A DNA stretch of 64,000 nucleotides from Escherichia coli (GTDB lineage Bacteria; Pseudomonadota; Gammaproteobacteria; Enterobacterales; Enterobacteriaceae): assembly GCF_003334355.1 (NCBI RefSeq), contig NZ_QOWP01000006.1. The stretch is one strand, 5' to 3'. This document shows, piece by piece, positions 33,261-44,721 of the stretch. Position numbers and translations under genes: made by a program. Numbering within the stretch: position 1 is the stretch's first letter; every line of letters starts with the position of its first letter. The notes below the pieces were generated by a model. That model saw only the letters and a list, made by a program, of their open reading frames with translations. It had not been told where the DNA came from and ran no database searches.

Positions 33261-33602
33261 TTACGCGACCTTTTTTGCACGCTCTTCACGGCGTGCCAAA
33301 TATTCAGCCACTGTTTCAATCCGTCCCAATTCTTCCTGGGTGCGCAGGTTGTTTTCAACTTCCCAAAGATCAACCGCCGCCTGGAGGTTTAGCCAAAAAT
33401 CGACTGTGGTATCAAAAACTTTCGCCAGACGAAATGCCATCTCAGTAGTGAGTTTACGATTGTTATTGATCAGTGCACTGACGCTATTACGATGAACATG
33501 CAGCAACTCTGCTAACTCATTGATTTTCAAATCGAGCGGTTCCAGATATTCATAGAGAAGAATATCTCCGGGTGTCGTCGGTTTTCTTGTTGCCTGTTTC
33601 AT
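33261..33602 (-). CDS. ybaQ: XRE-family HTH protein YbaQ (113 aa; HigA-antitoxin-like)
   Basis: ORF contains MKQATRKPTTPGDILLYEYLEPLDLKINELAELLHV... Confidence 0.85.
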   Translation of the reverse strand: MKQATRKPTTPGDILLYEYLEPLDLKINELAELLHVHRNSVSALINNNRKLTTEMAFRLAKVFDTTVDFWLNLQAAVDLWEVENNLRTQEELGRIETVAEYLARREERAKKVA

Positions 33603-33739
33603 GGTTTTTAACTGTTGCTTCCTTGTGAATAGCGATGCAAGAACATACTGAATCATACAAACACATTAAACAAGTCTCCAACTCCATTTGCGCCATCCCT
33701 CACCGCGCGCTAGCATGATATTTCACAAAGGGAGGTCGT

Positions 33740-34534
33740 ATGGATCTGTTGTACCGGGTAAAAACGCTTTGGGCCGCGCTGCGCGGTAATCATTACACCT
33801 GGCCTGCCATCGATATCACCCTCCCCGGCAATCGCCATTTTCATCTGATTGGCAGTATTCATATGGGTAGCCACGATATGGCTCCCCTGCCCACCCGTTT
33901 GCTCAAAAAGCTCAAAAACGCCGATGCGCTGATCGTCGAGGCGGATGTTTCCACCAGCGATACGCCTTTTGCTAATTTGCCTGCCTGCGAGGCGCTGGAA
34001 GAGCGCATTAGCGAGGAGCAACTCCAAAACCTGCAGCACATTAGCCAGGAGATGGGCATTTCTCCCTCACTCTTTTCTACCCAACCGCTGTGGCAAATCG
34101 CGATGGTTCTTCAGGCGACGCAGGCACAAAAACTGGGGCTGCGGGCAGAATACGGTATCGATTACCAGCTATTGCAGGCGGCGAAGCAACAACATAAACC
34201 CGTGATTGAACTGGAAGGGGCTGAAAACCAGATTGCCATGTTGCTCCAGCTCCCTGACAAAGGACTGGCGCTGCTGGACGATACGCTGACCCACTGGCAT
34301 ACCAACGCACGGTTGCTGCAACAAATGATGAGCTGGTGGCTGAATGCACCGCCGCAAAATAATGATATAACGCTGCCCAATACGTTCAGTCAGTCGCTGT
34401 ACGATGTGCTGATGCATCAGCGAAATCTCGCCTGGCGGGATAAATTACGCGCCATGCCGCCGGGGCGATATGTGGTCGCGGTCGGTGCACTACACCTGTA
34501 TGGAGAAGGGAATTTGCCGCAAATGTTGCGCTAA
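33740..34534 (+). CDS. ybaP: TraB-family protein YbaP (264 aa)
   Basis: 264-aa ORF divergent from ybaQ. Confidence 0.85.
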   Translation: MDLLYRVKTLWAALRGNHYTWPAIDITLPGNRHFHLIGSIHMGSHDMAPLPTRLLKKLKNADALIVEADVSTSDTPFANLPACEALEERISEEQLQNLQHISQEMGISPSLFSTQPLWQIAMVLQATQAQKLGLRAEYGIDYQLLQAAKQQHKPVIELEGAENQIAMLLQLPDKGLALLDDTLTHWHTNARLLQQMMSWWLNAPPQNNDITLPNTFSQSLYDVLMHQRNLAWRDKLRAMPPGRYVVAVGALHLYGEGNLPQMLR

Positions 34535-34616
34535 AAAAATGGCCAATATCGCTATTGGCCCGTCAAAGAGGAATTTCATTTTTTTATTATTATGCCGTCA
34601 CTTTAAGCGACGGTGT
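34533..34616 (-). ncRNA. chiX: ChiX (MicM/SroB) Hfq-dependent sRNA, ~84 nt
   Basis: Minus strand reads ACACCGTCGCTTAAAGTGACGGCATAATAATAAAAAAATGAAATTCCTCTTTGACGGGCCAATAGCGATATTGGCCATTTTTTT, matching recalled ChiX; ybaP-ybaK intergenic as in K-12. Confidence 0.85.
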
Positions 34617-34722
34617 AACTCGATTGTCGCTCAATCTCACCATCCTGCCAATACTCTTAGGCAAGATGACTCTTTTTTTTGGACCGCCATCAGGCGTATG
34701 CTTGCTTCGTTTTTTTGTTTAA

Positions 34723-35217
<495 letters not shown>

Positions 35218-35222
35218 GCATT

Positions 35223-35250
35223 GTGCCGGATGCAAACATCCGGCACTTTC
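35223..35250. terminator. Hairpin between convergent ybaK and ushA
   Basis: GTGCCGGATG-CAAA-CATCCGGCAC followed by TTTCGG. Confidence 0.55.
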
Positions 35251-35253
35251 GGA

Positions 35254-36906
35254 TTACTGCCAGCTCACCTCACCTTTCGGTTCATAAACACTCACATCCA
35301 GCGGCGAGCTTTTCTGGATATACGCTTTCAGCACTTCGGCATCAATAAAGCCGGTATTCACATAGCCCGGTTTGTTATCAAGGCGCGGATATCCATCACC
35401 GCCGGTGGCATTGAAGTTTAATGTCGCCATACGGTAAGTTTTCGCCGGATCGACCGGTTCGCCTTTGATTTTAAGGTCGTTCAGTTTGCCGTCTTTCGCC
35501 ACAAAGCTAACGTTGGCAAATTGCGGGTAGGCACCTGAATCTGGCTTCATCTGCGCGACGGCGGTCAGGTAATCAATCACCTCTTTACCGGTCATGTCGG
35601 CATACACCACCACATTGCCGAATGGCTGCACTTTCAGCACGTTTTTATAGCTGATATCGCCTGCTTCGATAGAATCACGAATTCCGCCTCCGCTCATCAC
35701 CGCAAAGTCGGCACCAGTGCGATCCATTTGGGCTGCCAGAATCAACCGCCCCATATTGGTCTGTACAAAACGCACTTTGTCACGATCGCCTTCCAGACGA
35801 CCATTGGTTTCGCCTATTTTCACTTCCAGCTGCGCTTTGCCTTTGTTCTGGAACGGTGATAACAGCGAGATCATTTGCTGGTTTTCAGCGATTTCAGGAG
35901 TGTAAAGCACGCGCTCGCTTTTCCCGTCTTCCCAGGTCACTTTCTTCTTCAGGTTCACCGGAATCAGCTGGTAGTTAACCATTTTCATTTCGCCATTACG
36001 AAACTCAAAATCAGCCCGTCCCACGTATTTGCCCCACTCATGCGCCTGCACAATCCAGATGCCGTTTTGTTGATCTGGTTTGCATGGCGTACCCGGCACG
36101 TAATCGACCTGTTTTTTGTTTTCTGCCGCCATGCAGACCGGATCTTGCGAGTGACCACCGACGATCATCGCCAGCGATCCGGCAGGCAGCGCGCGTGCCA
36201 TCTCCACATCGCCCGGTGCGTTAGAGCCGTGCTCACCATTATCGTAATGCCCCATATGGGTCGCCGCGATAATAATGTCTGGCTTTTCTGTCTGTTGCAG
36301 CTCCTGAATCACCAGCTTCGCTTCATCGGCGGGCTTACGAAATTCGATATCAGTGAAGTATTCCGGGTTACCAATTTTTGCTGTGTCATCGGTTGTCAGC
36401 CCAATAACGGCAATTTTCAGATCCTGACGCTTAAACAGCGCCCACGGTTTAAACAGGCGCTCGCCAGTACTTTTCTGGTAGATATTCGCGGAAAGCAACG
36501 GGAACTTGGCCCACTTTTCCTGCTGGCGTAATACGGTGAGCGGATTATCAAATTCATGATTACCGATCGCCATCGCGTCATAGCCCACCAGATTCATACC
36601 GCGAAAATCAGGTTCGGCATCCTGTAAGTCAGACTCGGGCACGCCAGTGTTAATGTCGCCACCGGAAAGTAGCAGCACGCTACCGCCTTCAGCCGCAACC
36701 TCTTTGCGGATACCATCCACCAGCGTTTTTTGCGCCGCCAGACCATATTCGCCATATTCATTGCGCCAAAAATGCCCATGATGATCATTGGTATGCAGAA
36801 CTGTAATTTTGTAGGTTTTATCCTGCTCATACGCCAGAGCAGTTTCACTCGCCAGTGTAAATGTGGTTAACAGCGCTAACGCCACGCCCCGCTGCAATAA
36901 TTTCAT
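35254..36906 (-). CDS. ushA: Periplasmic 5'-nucleotidase / UDP-sugar hydrolase UshA (550 aa)
   Basis: Signal peptide then metallophosphatase motifs (NDHHG, GNHEFD). Confidence 0.93.
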   Translation of the reverse strand: MKLLQRGVALALLTTFTLASETALAYEQDKTYKITVLHTNDHHGHFWRNEYGEYGLAAQKTLVDGIRKEVAAEGGSVLLLSGGDINTGVPESDLQDAEPDFRGMNLVGYDAMAIGNHEFDNPLTVLRQQEKWAKFPLLSANIYQKSTGERLFKPWALFKRQDLKIAVIGLTTDDTAKIGNPEYFTDIEFRKPADEAKLVIQELQQTEKPDIIIAATHMGHYDNGEHGSNAPGDVEMARALPAGSLAMIVGGHSQDPVCMAAENKKQVDYVPGTPCKPDQQNGIWIVQAHEWGKYVGRADFEFRNGEMKMVNYQLIPVNLKKKVTWEDGKSERVLYTPEIAENQQMISLLSPFQNKGKAQLEVKIGETNGRLEGDRDKVRFVQTNMGRLILAAQMDRTGADFAVMSGGGIRDSIEAGDISYKNVLKVQPFGNVVVYADMTGKEVIDYLTAVAQMKPDSGAYPQFANVSFVAKDGKLNDLKIKGEPVDPAKTYRMATLNFNATGGDGYPRLDNKPGYVNTGFIDAEVLKAYIQKSSPLDVSVYEPKGEVSWQ

Positions 36907-37123
36907 ACTTCTCTCCCTGACCTGATTTCAACGTGTTGAAAAATAGTATGACGCGACATCATAGACAAGTCTGCGTCCGGTGAAGATAAATCTGCATCCA
37001 GATTAGAAATTCTGTATTCGGCGTTGAGACTTCCTTCAGACGACGCATACAGGTATGTTAGTCTGGTAATAATCACAAATAAGATCATTCTTTACATCGC
37101 AACCCTGAAAAAGTGACTTTCCT

Positions 37124-38344
37124 ATGGCAATGAGTGAACAACCCCAGCCTGTGGCGGGCGCGGCTGCGTCAACGACCAAGGCCCGAACATCGTTTGGTAT
37201 TTTAGGTGCTATCAGCCTCTCACATCTGCTGAACGACATGATCCAATCGCTGATTCTGGCGATTTATCCGCTGCTTCAGTCAGAATTTTCTCTGACATTT
37301 ATGCAGATTGGCATGATAACCCTCACCTTCCAGCTCGCCTCTTCGCTACTGCAACCAGTGGTCGGCTACTGGACCGATAAATATCCGATGCCATGGTCGT
37401 TGCCAATTGGCATGTGCTTTACCTTAAGCGGTCTGGTGCTGCTTGCGCTGGCGGGCAGTTTTGGCGCAGTTCTGCTGGCGGCGGCGCTGGTCGGTACCGG
37501 TTCATCGGTCTTTCATCCGGAATCTTCTCGCGTGGCCCGTATGGCTTCCGGCGGGCGGCATGGCCTGGCGCAATCTATCTTTCAGGTCGGCGGCAACTTT
37601 GGCAGTTCCCTGGGACCCTTGCTGGCGGCGGTGATTATCGCGCCTTATGGCAAAGGCAACGTTGCCTGGTTTGTGCTTGCGGCACTGCTGGCGATCGTGG
37701 TGTTGGCGCAAATCAGCCGTTGGTACTCGGCACAGCACCGAATGAATAAAGGAAAACCCAAAGCGACGATTATCAATCCACTGCCGCGCAATAAAGTTGT
37801 ACTGGCGGTCAGCATTCTGTTAATCCTCATTTTCTCGAAATATTTCTATATGGCGAGCATCAGCAGCTATTACACCTTTTATCTGATGCAAAAATTCGGA
37901 TTATCTATCCAGAATGCTCAGCTTCATCTGTTTGCCTTCCTGTTTGCCGTTGCGGCAGGTACGGTGATCGGCGGGCCTGTAGGGGATAAAATTGGGCGGA
38001 AATATGTGATTTGGGGCTCTATCCTCGGCGTTGCGCCGTTTACGCTGATTTTACCCTACGCCAGCCTGCACTGGACGGGGGTTTTAACGGTGATTATTGG
38101 ATTTATCCTCGCTTCGGCATTCTCTGCCATTCTGGTCTACGCTCAGGAGCTGCTTCCAGGACGTATCGGTATGGTTTCTGGACTCTTTTTCGGTTTTGCT
38201 TTTGGCATGGGAGGTCTGGGAGCGGCAGTTCTGGGGCTTATCGCCGATCACACCAGCATCGAGTTAGTCTATAAAATCTGTGCTTTCCTGCCACTATTGG
38301 GGATGTTGACCATATTCCTGCCTGATAACCGGCATAAAGACTGA
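37124..38344 (+). CDS. fsr: Fosmidomycin resistance MFS transporter Fsr (406 aa)
   Basis: 406-aa 12-TM MFS ORF. Confidence 0.88.
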   Translation: MAMSEQPQPVAGAAASTTKARTSFGILGAISLSHLLNDMIQSLILAIYPLLQSEFSLTFMQIGMITLTFQLASSLLQPVVGYWTDKYPMPWSLPIGMCFTLSGLVLLALAGSFGAVLLAAALVGTGSSVFHPESSRVARMASGGRHGLAQSIFQVGGNFGSSLGPLLAAVIIAPYGKGNVAWFVLAALLAIVVLAQISRWYSAQHRMNKGKPKATIINPLPRNKVVLAVSILLILIFSKYFYMASISSYYTFYLMQKFGLSIQNAQLHLFAFLFAVAAGTVIGGPVGDKIGRKYVIWGSILGVAPFTLILPYASLHWTGVLTVIIGFILASAFSAILVYAQELLPGRIGMVSGLFFGFAFGMGGLGAAVLGLIADHTSIELVYKICAFLPLLGMLTIFLPDNRHKD

Positions 38345-38351
38345 TTTCATT

Positions 38352-38384
38352 GCAGCCAAAGGCAAACTTTGGCTGCATCGTTTT
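38352..38384 (+). terminator. fsr terminator hairpin
   Basis: GCAGCCAAAG-GCAAA-CTTTGGCTGC followed by ATCGTTTT. Confidence 0.5.
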
Positions 38385-38581
38385 ACAGTCGCCATAAGCC
38401 TTTCCTCTGTTAAACCGCCTTCTGTTTTCCGATCCGTGCTTTTTTTGCAGCTAATTCCATTTTTCTGCAAAATTCAATAATTATTCATGAACATCATCAA
38501 TGAAATTGTCATAAACTATTACCTGTAATTTTGGTTTTCCCGGCCAAAAATGGACAATAACCACCAGGAAAAGGAGACGGA

Positions 38582-40258
38582 ATGCATCACGCCACCCCGC
38601 TTATCACCACCATTGTTGGCGGCCTTGTGCTCGCCTTTATCCTCGGCATGCTGGCCAATAAACTACGTATTTCTCCTCTGGTGGGATATCTGTTAGCGGG
38701 TGTGCTGGCAGGACCATTCACTCCGGGCTTTGTTGCCGATACCAAGCTTGCCCCGGAACTGGCTGAACTGGGCGTCATTCTGTTGATGTTTGGCGTCGGT
38801 TTGCACTTTTCGCTGAAGGATTTGATGGCGGTAAAGGCCATCGCCATTCCCGGTGCGATCGCCCAGATAGCCGTGGCGACGCTGCTGGGTATGGCGCTCT
38901 CTGCCGTGCTGGGCTGGTCGTTAATGACCGGTATCGTGTTCGGTTTATGTCTTTCCACCGCCAGTACCGTGGTGTTACTGCGCGCACTTGAAGAACGGCA
39001 ATTAATTGACAGTCAGCGTGGGCAAATCGCCATCGGTTGGTTGATTGTGGAAGACCTGGTAATGGTTCTGACGCTGGTGTTGCTGCCCGCAGTGGCAGGA
39101 ATGATGGAACAGGGCGATGTGGGCTTTGCCACTCTTGCAGTCGATATGGGGATCACCATCGGCAAAGTGATCGCATTTATCGCCATTATGATGCTGGTAG
39201 GTCGCCGTCTGGTGCCGTGGATTATGGCACGCAGCGCGGCAACCGGTTCTCGCGAGCTGTTTACCCTGTCGGTGCTGGCGCTGGCGTTAGGGGTTGCCTT
39301 TGGTGCGGTAGAGCTGTTTGATGTCTCCTTTGCACTCGGTGCGTTCTTTGCCGGGATGGTACTGAACGAGTCTGAACTGAGTCACCGTGCCGCCCACGAT
39401 ACGCTGCCATTGCGCGACGCGTTTGCGGTGCTGTTTTTTGTCTCCGTCGGGATGTTGTTTGATCCGTTAATTCTGATTCAGCAACCGCTGGCAGTGCTGG
39501 CGACGCTGGCGATTATTCTGTTTGGTAAGTCGTTAGCCGCATTTTTCCTGGTGCGACTGTTTGGTCACTCCCAACGTACGGCATTAACCATCGCCGCCAG
39601 CCTGGCGCAGATTGGTGAGTTCGCGTTTATCCTGGCGGGACTGGGAATGGCATTGAATTTACTGCCGCAGGCCGGACAAAACCTGGTACTGGCAGGGGCG
39701 ATCCTGTCGATTATGCTCAACCCGGTACTGTTCGCACTACTGGAGAAATATCTGGCGAAGACCGAAACGCTGGAAGAGCAGACGCTGGAAGAGGCAATCG
39801 AAGAAGAGAAGCAGATCCCAGTGGATATTTGCAACCATGCGCTACTGGTGGGTTACGGTCGTGTAGGCAGCCTGCTGGGGGAGAAATTGCTCGCCTCTGA
39901 TATTCCGCTGGTGGTGATTGAGACGTCACGAACCCGTGTTGATGAGCTGCGAGAGCGCGGGGTCCGCGCAGTATTGGGCAATGCGGCGAACGAAGAAATT
40001 ATGCAACTGGCGCATCTGGAATGTGCAAAATGGCTGATCCTGACGATTCCCAACGGTTATGAAGCGGGTGAGATTGTGGCATCTGCCCGCGCGAAAAATC
40101 CGGATATTGAGATTATTGCCCGCGCCCATTATGACGATGAAGTGGCGTATATCACCGAACGTGGTGCGAATCAGGTAGTGATGGGCGAGCGTGAAATCGC
40201 CCGTACCATGCTGGAACTGCTGGAAACGCCACCGGCGGGTGAGGTGGTGACGGGGTAA
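38582..40258 (+). CDS. ybaL: CPA2-family cation/proton antiporter YbaL (558 aa, C-terminal RCK/TrkA-N)
   Basis: Membrane domain plus GYGRVGSLLG Rossmann motif. Confidence 0.9.
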   Translation: MHHATPLITTIVGGLVLAFILGMLANKLRISPLVGYLLAGVLAGPFTPGFVADTKLAPELAELGVILLMFGVGLHFSLKDLMAVKAIAIPGAIAQIAVATLLGMALSAVLGWSLMTGIVFGLCLSTASTVVLLRALEERQLIDSQRGQIAIGWLIVEDLVMVLTLVLLPAVAGMMEQGDVGFATLAVDMGITIGKVIAFIAIMMLVGRRLVPWIMARSAATGSRELFTLSVLALALGVAFGAVELFDVSFALGAFFAGMVLNESELSHRAAHDTLPLRDAFAVLFFVSVGMLFDPLILIQQPLAVLATLAIILFGKSLAAFFLVRLFGHSQRTALTIAASLAQIGEFAFILAGLGMALNLLPQAGQNLVLAGAILSIMLNPVLFALLEKYLAKTETLEEQTLEEAIEEEKQIPVDICNHALLVGYGRVGSLLGEKLLASDIPLVVIETSRTRVDELRERGVRAVLGNAANEEIMQLAHLECAKWLILTIPNGYEAGEIVASARAKNPDIEIIARAHYDDEVAYITERGANQVVMGEREIARTMLELLETPPAGEVVTG

Positions 40259-40292
40259 ACGGTGGTTGCCGGATGTAAAATATGAAAAATAT

Positions 40293-40376
40293 GTAGGCAT
40301 GATAAGACGCGCCAGCGTCGCATCAGGCATCGAGAGCCAAATGCCAGATGCGGCGTGAACGCCTTATCTGGCCTAC
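40293..40376. repeat. REP pair between convergent ybaL and gsk
   Basis: GTAGGCATGATAAGACGCGCCAGCGTCGCATCAGGC and GCCAGATGCGGCGTGAACGCCTTATCTGGCCTAC. Confidence 0.8.
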
Positions 40377-40390
40377 GAACCGACGATAAC

Positions 40391-41695
40391 TTAACGATCC
40401 CAGTAAGACTCTTCCAGGCTGTCTTCACGCTCCGGCAAGCCGCGCGTTAAACGAGGTGAATGCTGGTTCAGTACCTGATAGCTCACACGGTTAGCATATT
40501 TACACACCTGCGCTAACGATGAATAAGTTAACCAGGTGAATTTATGTTTGCTGGAGTTTGGTACGTTGCTACGATGGTAGCTGTTGGCGGTAATGTCATG
40601 CAGCAACGCTGCCAATGCGCCATCCCCCGCTCCATTAGTGTTCATGATTTTTTCCGGCCCGCCCATGTACGGCGCAATGTGCGAATATACACGCAGCGGA
40701 TTCTGGCAATCCTTGTGGCGCATGGCGCGGCTAAACTCATACTGGTTGAATTCCGCTATAGCGCCCGGCAGCAGCGGATGCTGGGTTTTACGTTTCGCTT
40801 CGTCTTCGGTAAAGCCCGCCATATACAAGCCGATTGGCCCGGCGGTGCACAGCACCAGATCTACCCAGTCCAGCGCCTTGTCAGATGCCAACAACGGATC
40901 GCTTTCTCCGGTCAACGCTTCGGCTTCATCTTCGTTCATCGCAAGGATAGAGACGTGGTCTTTGAGGAATTGCTGCCACCACTGCGGATTCTCGGCAATG
41001 ACAAACTTAGTTCCCAGCGTCAGCACCACCGGTACGTTATATTTCTTCGCGTACTCAATGGCTTTCATGGTTGCTTCCGGCATGGGTTCACCCGGCTTGC
41101 AACGCACCAGATAAGAGGTGAGAACCAGTGCCGAGGCTCCGGCAATCACATCTTCCGGAATACTTTCAGCCCGCAGCTGGTTCATGTGGCCAGGGCTGAT
41201 AGCAAAGGTACGTTCCCCGGACTCGCCAATCAGCGTAAAGCAACGACCAATCGGACCATCCACGCCTTGTAGATAGTTAAGATCGGTACGGCTGGAGGTG
41301 TTACACAGGTAACGATAGGCATAGCTGCCAATTTCAATATTGCTGCACATGACGCCCAGCAGCACCGAACGGTCGTCCGCGAGCACCGAGTAGTTGTGCA
41401 TGGTGTTACCAATAGTGCCACCCGCAAACTGATGGGTAATCAGGTTTTTCTGTTTTAGTTCCTGATAAAGCGCTTCGGCTACGTCATCCTCAATCACCAG
41501 TGAATGCCCGACGCTTAATCCATAACGCTCAATGAATTCGTCATCCACTTTCGCTTCAATATCGACCAGCGTTTGATCGATACCCACTACCCAGGCGGCG
41601 CTGGTTTCGTTTTCTGGCTGGAACTGCTGAAGCAGCGGATCGCGTGCATTTACAGGGAAGTAATGTTTGGATTTACGTTTACCGGGAAATTTCAT
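40391..41695 (-). CDS. gsk: Inosine-guanosine kinase Gsk (434 aa)
   Basis: 434-aa PfkB-family ORF MKFPGKRKSKHYFPVNARDPLLQQF... Confidence 0.92.
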   Translation of the reverse strand: MKFPGKRKSKHYFPVNARDPLLQQFQPENETSAAWVVGIDQTLVDIEAKVDDEFIERYGLSVGHSLVIEDDVAEALYQELKQKNLITHQFAGGTIGNTMHNYSVLADDRSVLLGVMCSNIEIGSYAYRYLCNTSSRTDLNYLQGVDGPIGRCFTLIGESGERTFAISPGHMNQLRAESIPEDVIAGASALVLTSYLVRCKPGEPMPEATMKAIEYAKKYNVPVVLTLGTKFVIAENPQWWQQFLKDHVSILAMNEDEAEALTGESDPLLASDKALDWVDLVLCTAGPIGLYMAGFTEDEAKRKTQHPLLPGAIAEFNQYEFSRAMRHKDCQNPLRVYSHIAPYMGGPEKIMNTNGAGDGALAALLHDITANSYHRSNVPNSSKHKFTWLTYSSLAQVCKYANRVSYQVLNQHSPRLTRGLPEREDSLEESYWDR

Positions 41696-41846
41696 GGTTG
41701 TTTTTACGGGTGGTTAACTGAGCGGCGAATGTTAACACAATCTGACGGGAGCGCGCGAGACGCAGCCAGTTTCAATATCAGCAGGCGGGATCGCATTTTC
41801 ATGGCAGTGGTTCCTTACAATGACGTAATTTGAAAGGAGTTTTTGT

Positions 41847-42806
41847 ATGAAGCCGGAAAACAAATTACCTGTTCTGGACCTTATTTCTGCTGGAATGAAG
41901 ACCGTTGTGAATACTCTTCAGCCGGATTTACCGCCCTGGCCCGCAACGGGAACGATTGCTGAGCAACGACAGTATTACACGCTTGAGCGCCGATTCTGGA
42001 ATGCGGGCGCTCCAGAAATGGCAACCAGAGCTTACATGGTTCCAACAAAATATGGGCAGGTGGAAACACGTCTCTTTTGTCCGCAGCCAGATAGCCCGGC
42101 GACGCTATTTTATTTGCATGGAGGCGGTTTTATTCTCGGCAATCTCGATACCCACGATCGCATCATGCGCCTGCTGGCAAGCTACAGCCAATGTACGGTG
42201 ATTGGTATTGATTACACCCTTTCACCTGAAGCGCGTTTTCCGCAAGCGATAGAGGAAATTGTGGCTGCTTGTTGTTATTTCCACCAGCAGGCGGAGGATT
42301 ATCAAATCAATATGTCCCGCATTGGCTTTGCCGGTGATTCCGCAGGTGCCATGCTGGCGCTCGCCAGTGCGTTGTGGTTGCGTGATAAACAGATCGATTG
42401 CGGTAAAGTTGCGGGCGTTTTGCTGTGGTATGGGCTTTACGGATTACGGGATTCCGTGACTCGTCGTCTGTTGGGCGGTGTCTGGGATGGCTTAACGCAA
42501 CAGGATTTACAGATGTATGAAGAGGCGTATTTAAGCAACGACGCGGACCGCGAGTCGCCGTATTACTGCCTGTTTAATAATGATCTCACTCGCGAAGTTC
42601 CGCCCTGTTTTATTGCCGGGGCGGAGTTCGATCCGCTGCTGGATGACAGCCGTCTGCTTTACCAGACGTTAGCGGCGCATCAGCAGCCCTGTGAGTTCAA
42701 ACTCTACCCAGGCACGCTGCACGCCTTTTTGCATTATTCACGGATGATGAAAACCGCCGACGAGGCTCTTCGCGACGGCGCTCAGTTCTTTACCGCTCAG
42801 CTTTAG
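41847..42806 (+). CDS. aes: Acetyl esterase Aes (319 aa)
   Basis: HGGGF oxyanion motif and GDSAG catalytic serine motif. Confidence 0.93.
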   Translation: MKPENKLPVLDLISAGMKTVVNTLQPDLPPWPATGTIAEQRQYYTLERRFWNAGAPEMATRAYMVPTKYGQVETRLFCPQPDSPATLFYLHGGGFILGNLDTHDRIMRLLASYSQCTVIGIDYTLSPEARFPQAIEEIVAACCYFHQQAEDYQINMSRIGFAGDSAGAMLALASALWLRDKQIDCGKVAGVLLWYGLYGLRDSVTRRLLGGVWDGLTQQDLQMYEEAYLSNDADRESPYYCLFNNDLTREVPPCFIAGAEFDPLLDDSRLLYQTLAAHQQPCEFKLYPGTLHAFLHYSRMMKTADEALRDGAQFFTAQL

Positions 42807-43765
42807 CGATACGCGGCAACAAGATTAGCCATCATTTCAATATGTTCCGGCGTGGCATTAAGCGCTGGAATATATTCATATTTTTTCCCGCCGGCACCGA
42901 GGAAGACCTCACGGTTTTGCTCGGCAATCTCTTCCAGCGTCTCCAGACAATCCGCAGCAAAGCCCGGGCACATCACCTGTATATGACCTACGCCTTTTTC
43001 TCCGAGCATTTTCAGCGTTTCGTCGGTATAAGGCATCAGCCAGGGTTCCCGGCCAAAGCGCGACTGAAAGGTCATCATCACTTTTTCCGGTGCCATCCCC
43101 AGTGCGGAAGCCAGTTCGCGAGTCGTTGTGCGGCAACGTTGCGGGTAATCATCGCCTTCATCTGCATAACGCTGGGGAATGCCATGATAAGAGAGCAGCA
43201 GCAGATCCGGTTCGCCATGTTTGGCAAAAGAAGCGCGTACGCTGTTCGCCAGTGCATTAATGTAATCGTGGTTATCGGCGTAATCACGAATAAACGATAT
43301 CCCCGGAATGCTACGTTTGCGCGCCAGAATGCGTGCCAGTTCATCCCATACCGCACCGACCGTAGAACAGGAGAATTGCGGATAAAGCGGCAGCACCACA
43401 ATATGATCTACATGCTCTGCCAGGAGTTCATCGACGGCGCTTTCCAGTGATGGCGAGCCGTAGCTCATGCCCAGCGCCACTGGCGTATCCGGTAAACGTT
43501 GTGCCAACGCCTGCTGTTGCTGGCGGCTGTAAACCATCAGCGGCGAGCCGTCTTCCATCCAGACCGAGGCGTACAGCTTCGCCACACGCGGCGAGCGCAG
43601 CGGCAAAATCACGCCGCGCAGCAACGGCCACCATAACAACCGTGAGGTATCAACCACGCGTCTGTCGCTTAAAAATTGTTTCAGATAGCGTTTTACCGCT
43701 TCAGGTGTGGGGGCATCGGGCGTACCCAGGTTTGCCAGCAGGATACCGGTTTTAGTCTGACGCAT
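42803..43765 (-). CDS. hemH: Ferrochelatase HemH (320 aa)
   Basis: 320-aa [35 protein letters not shown]...; 3' end overlaps aes by 4 nt. Confidence 0.93.
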   Translation of the reverse strand: MRQTKTGILLANLGTPDAPTPEAVKRYLKQFLSDRRVVDTSRLLWWPLLRGVILPLRSPRVAKLYASVWMEDGSPLMVYSRQQQQALAQRLPDTPVALGMSYGSPSLESAVDELLAEHVDHIVVLPLYPQFSCSTVGAVWDELARILARKRSIPGISFIRDYADNHDYINALANSVRASFAKHGEPDLLLLSYHGIPQRYADEGDDYPQRCRTTTRELASALGMAPEKVMMTFQSRFGREPWLMPYTDETLKMLGEKGVGHIQVMCPGFAADCLETLEEIAEQNREVFLGAGGKKYEYIPALNATPEHIEMMANLVAAYR

Positions 43766-43896
43766 TACCGCCTCTTATCGATTCAACTTGTTGATAATTG
43801 TAGCGGAAAAGTGAGGAAGAAGAACTAATTGCTGTGAGAGGTATTGCCTGAGGAGGATGAGCAGACCTGCCCGAAAGCAGATCTGCTGCGGCTTGA

Positions 43897-44613
<717 letters not shown>

Positions 44614-44679
44614 TCAAGAAAGGCACCTGAGGCTGAAACGGTTAATGGCGAGATAATTTGCGGAAAGTGCAGATGATGA

Positions 44680-44716
44680 AAAGAAAAATGCCGGATGACA
44701 CAAAGGTCATCCGGCA
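44680..44716 (-). terminator. htpG rho-independent terminator
   Basis: Minus-strand hairpin TGCCGGATGAC/GTCATCCGGCA (11 bp) followed by U-tract (plus-strand A-run 44681-44688). Confidence 0.7.
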
Positions 44717-44721
44717 TGACA

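Noticed and set aside
33055-33495. 146-aa and 68-aa ORFs over the copA-ybaQ interval
   Set aside because: They run through the REP/BIME repeats and antisense to ybaQ; they are artefacts of the GC-rich palindromes.
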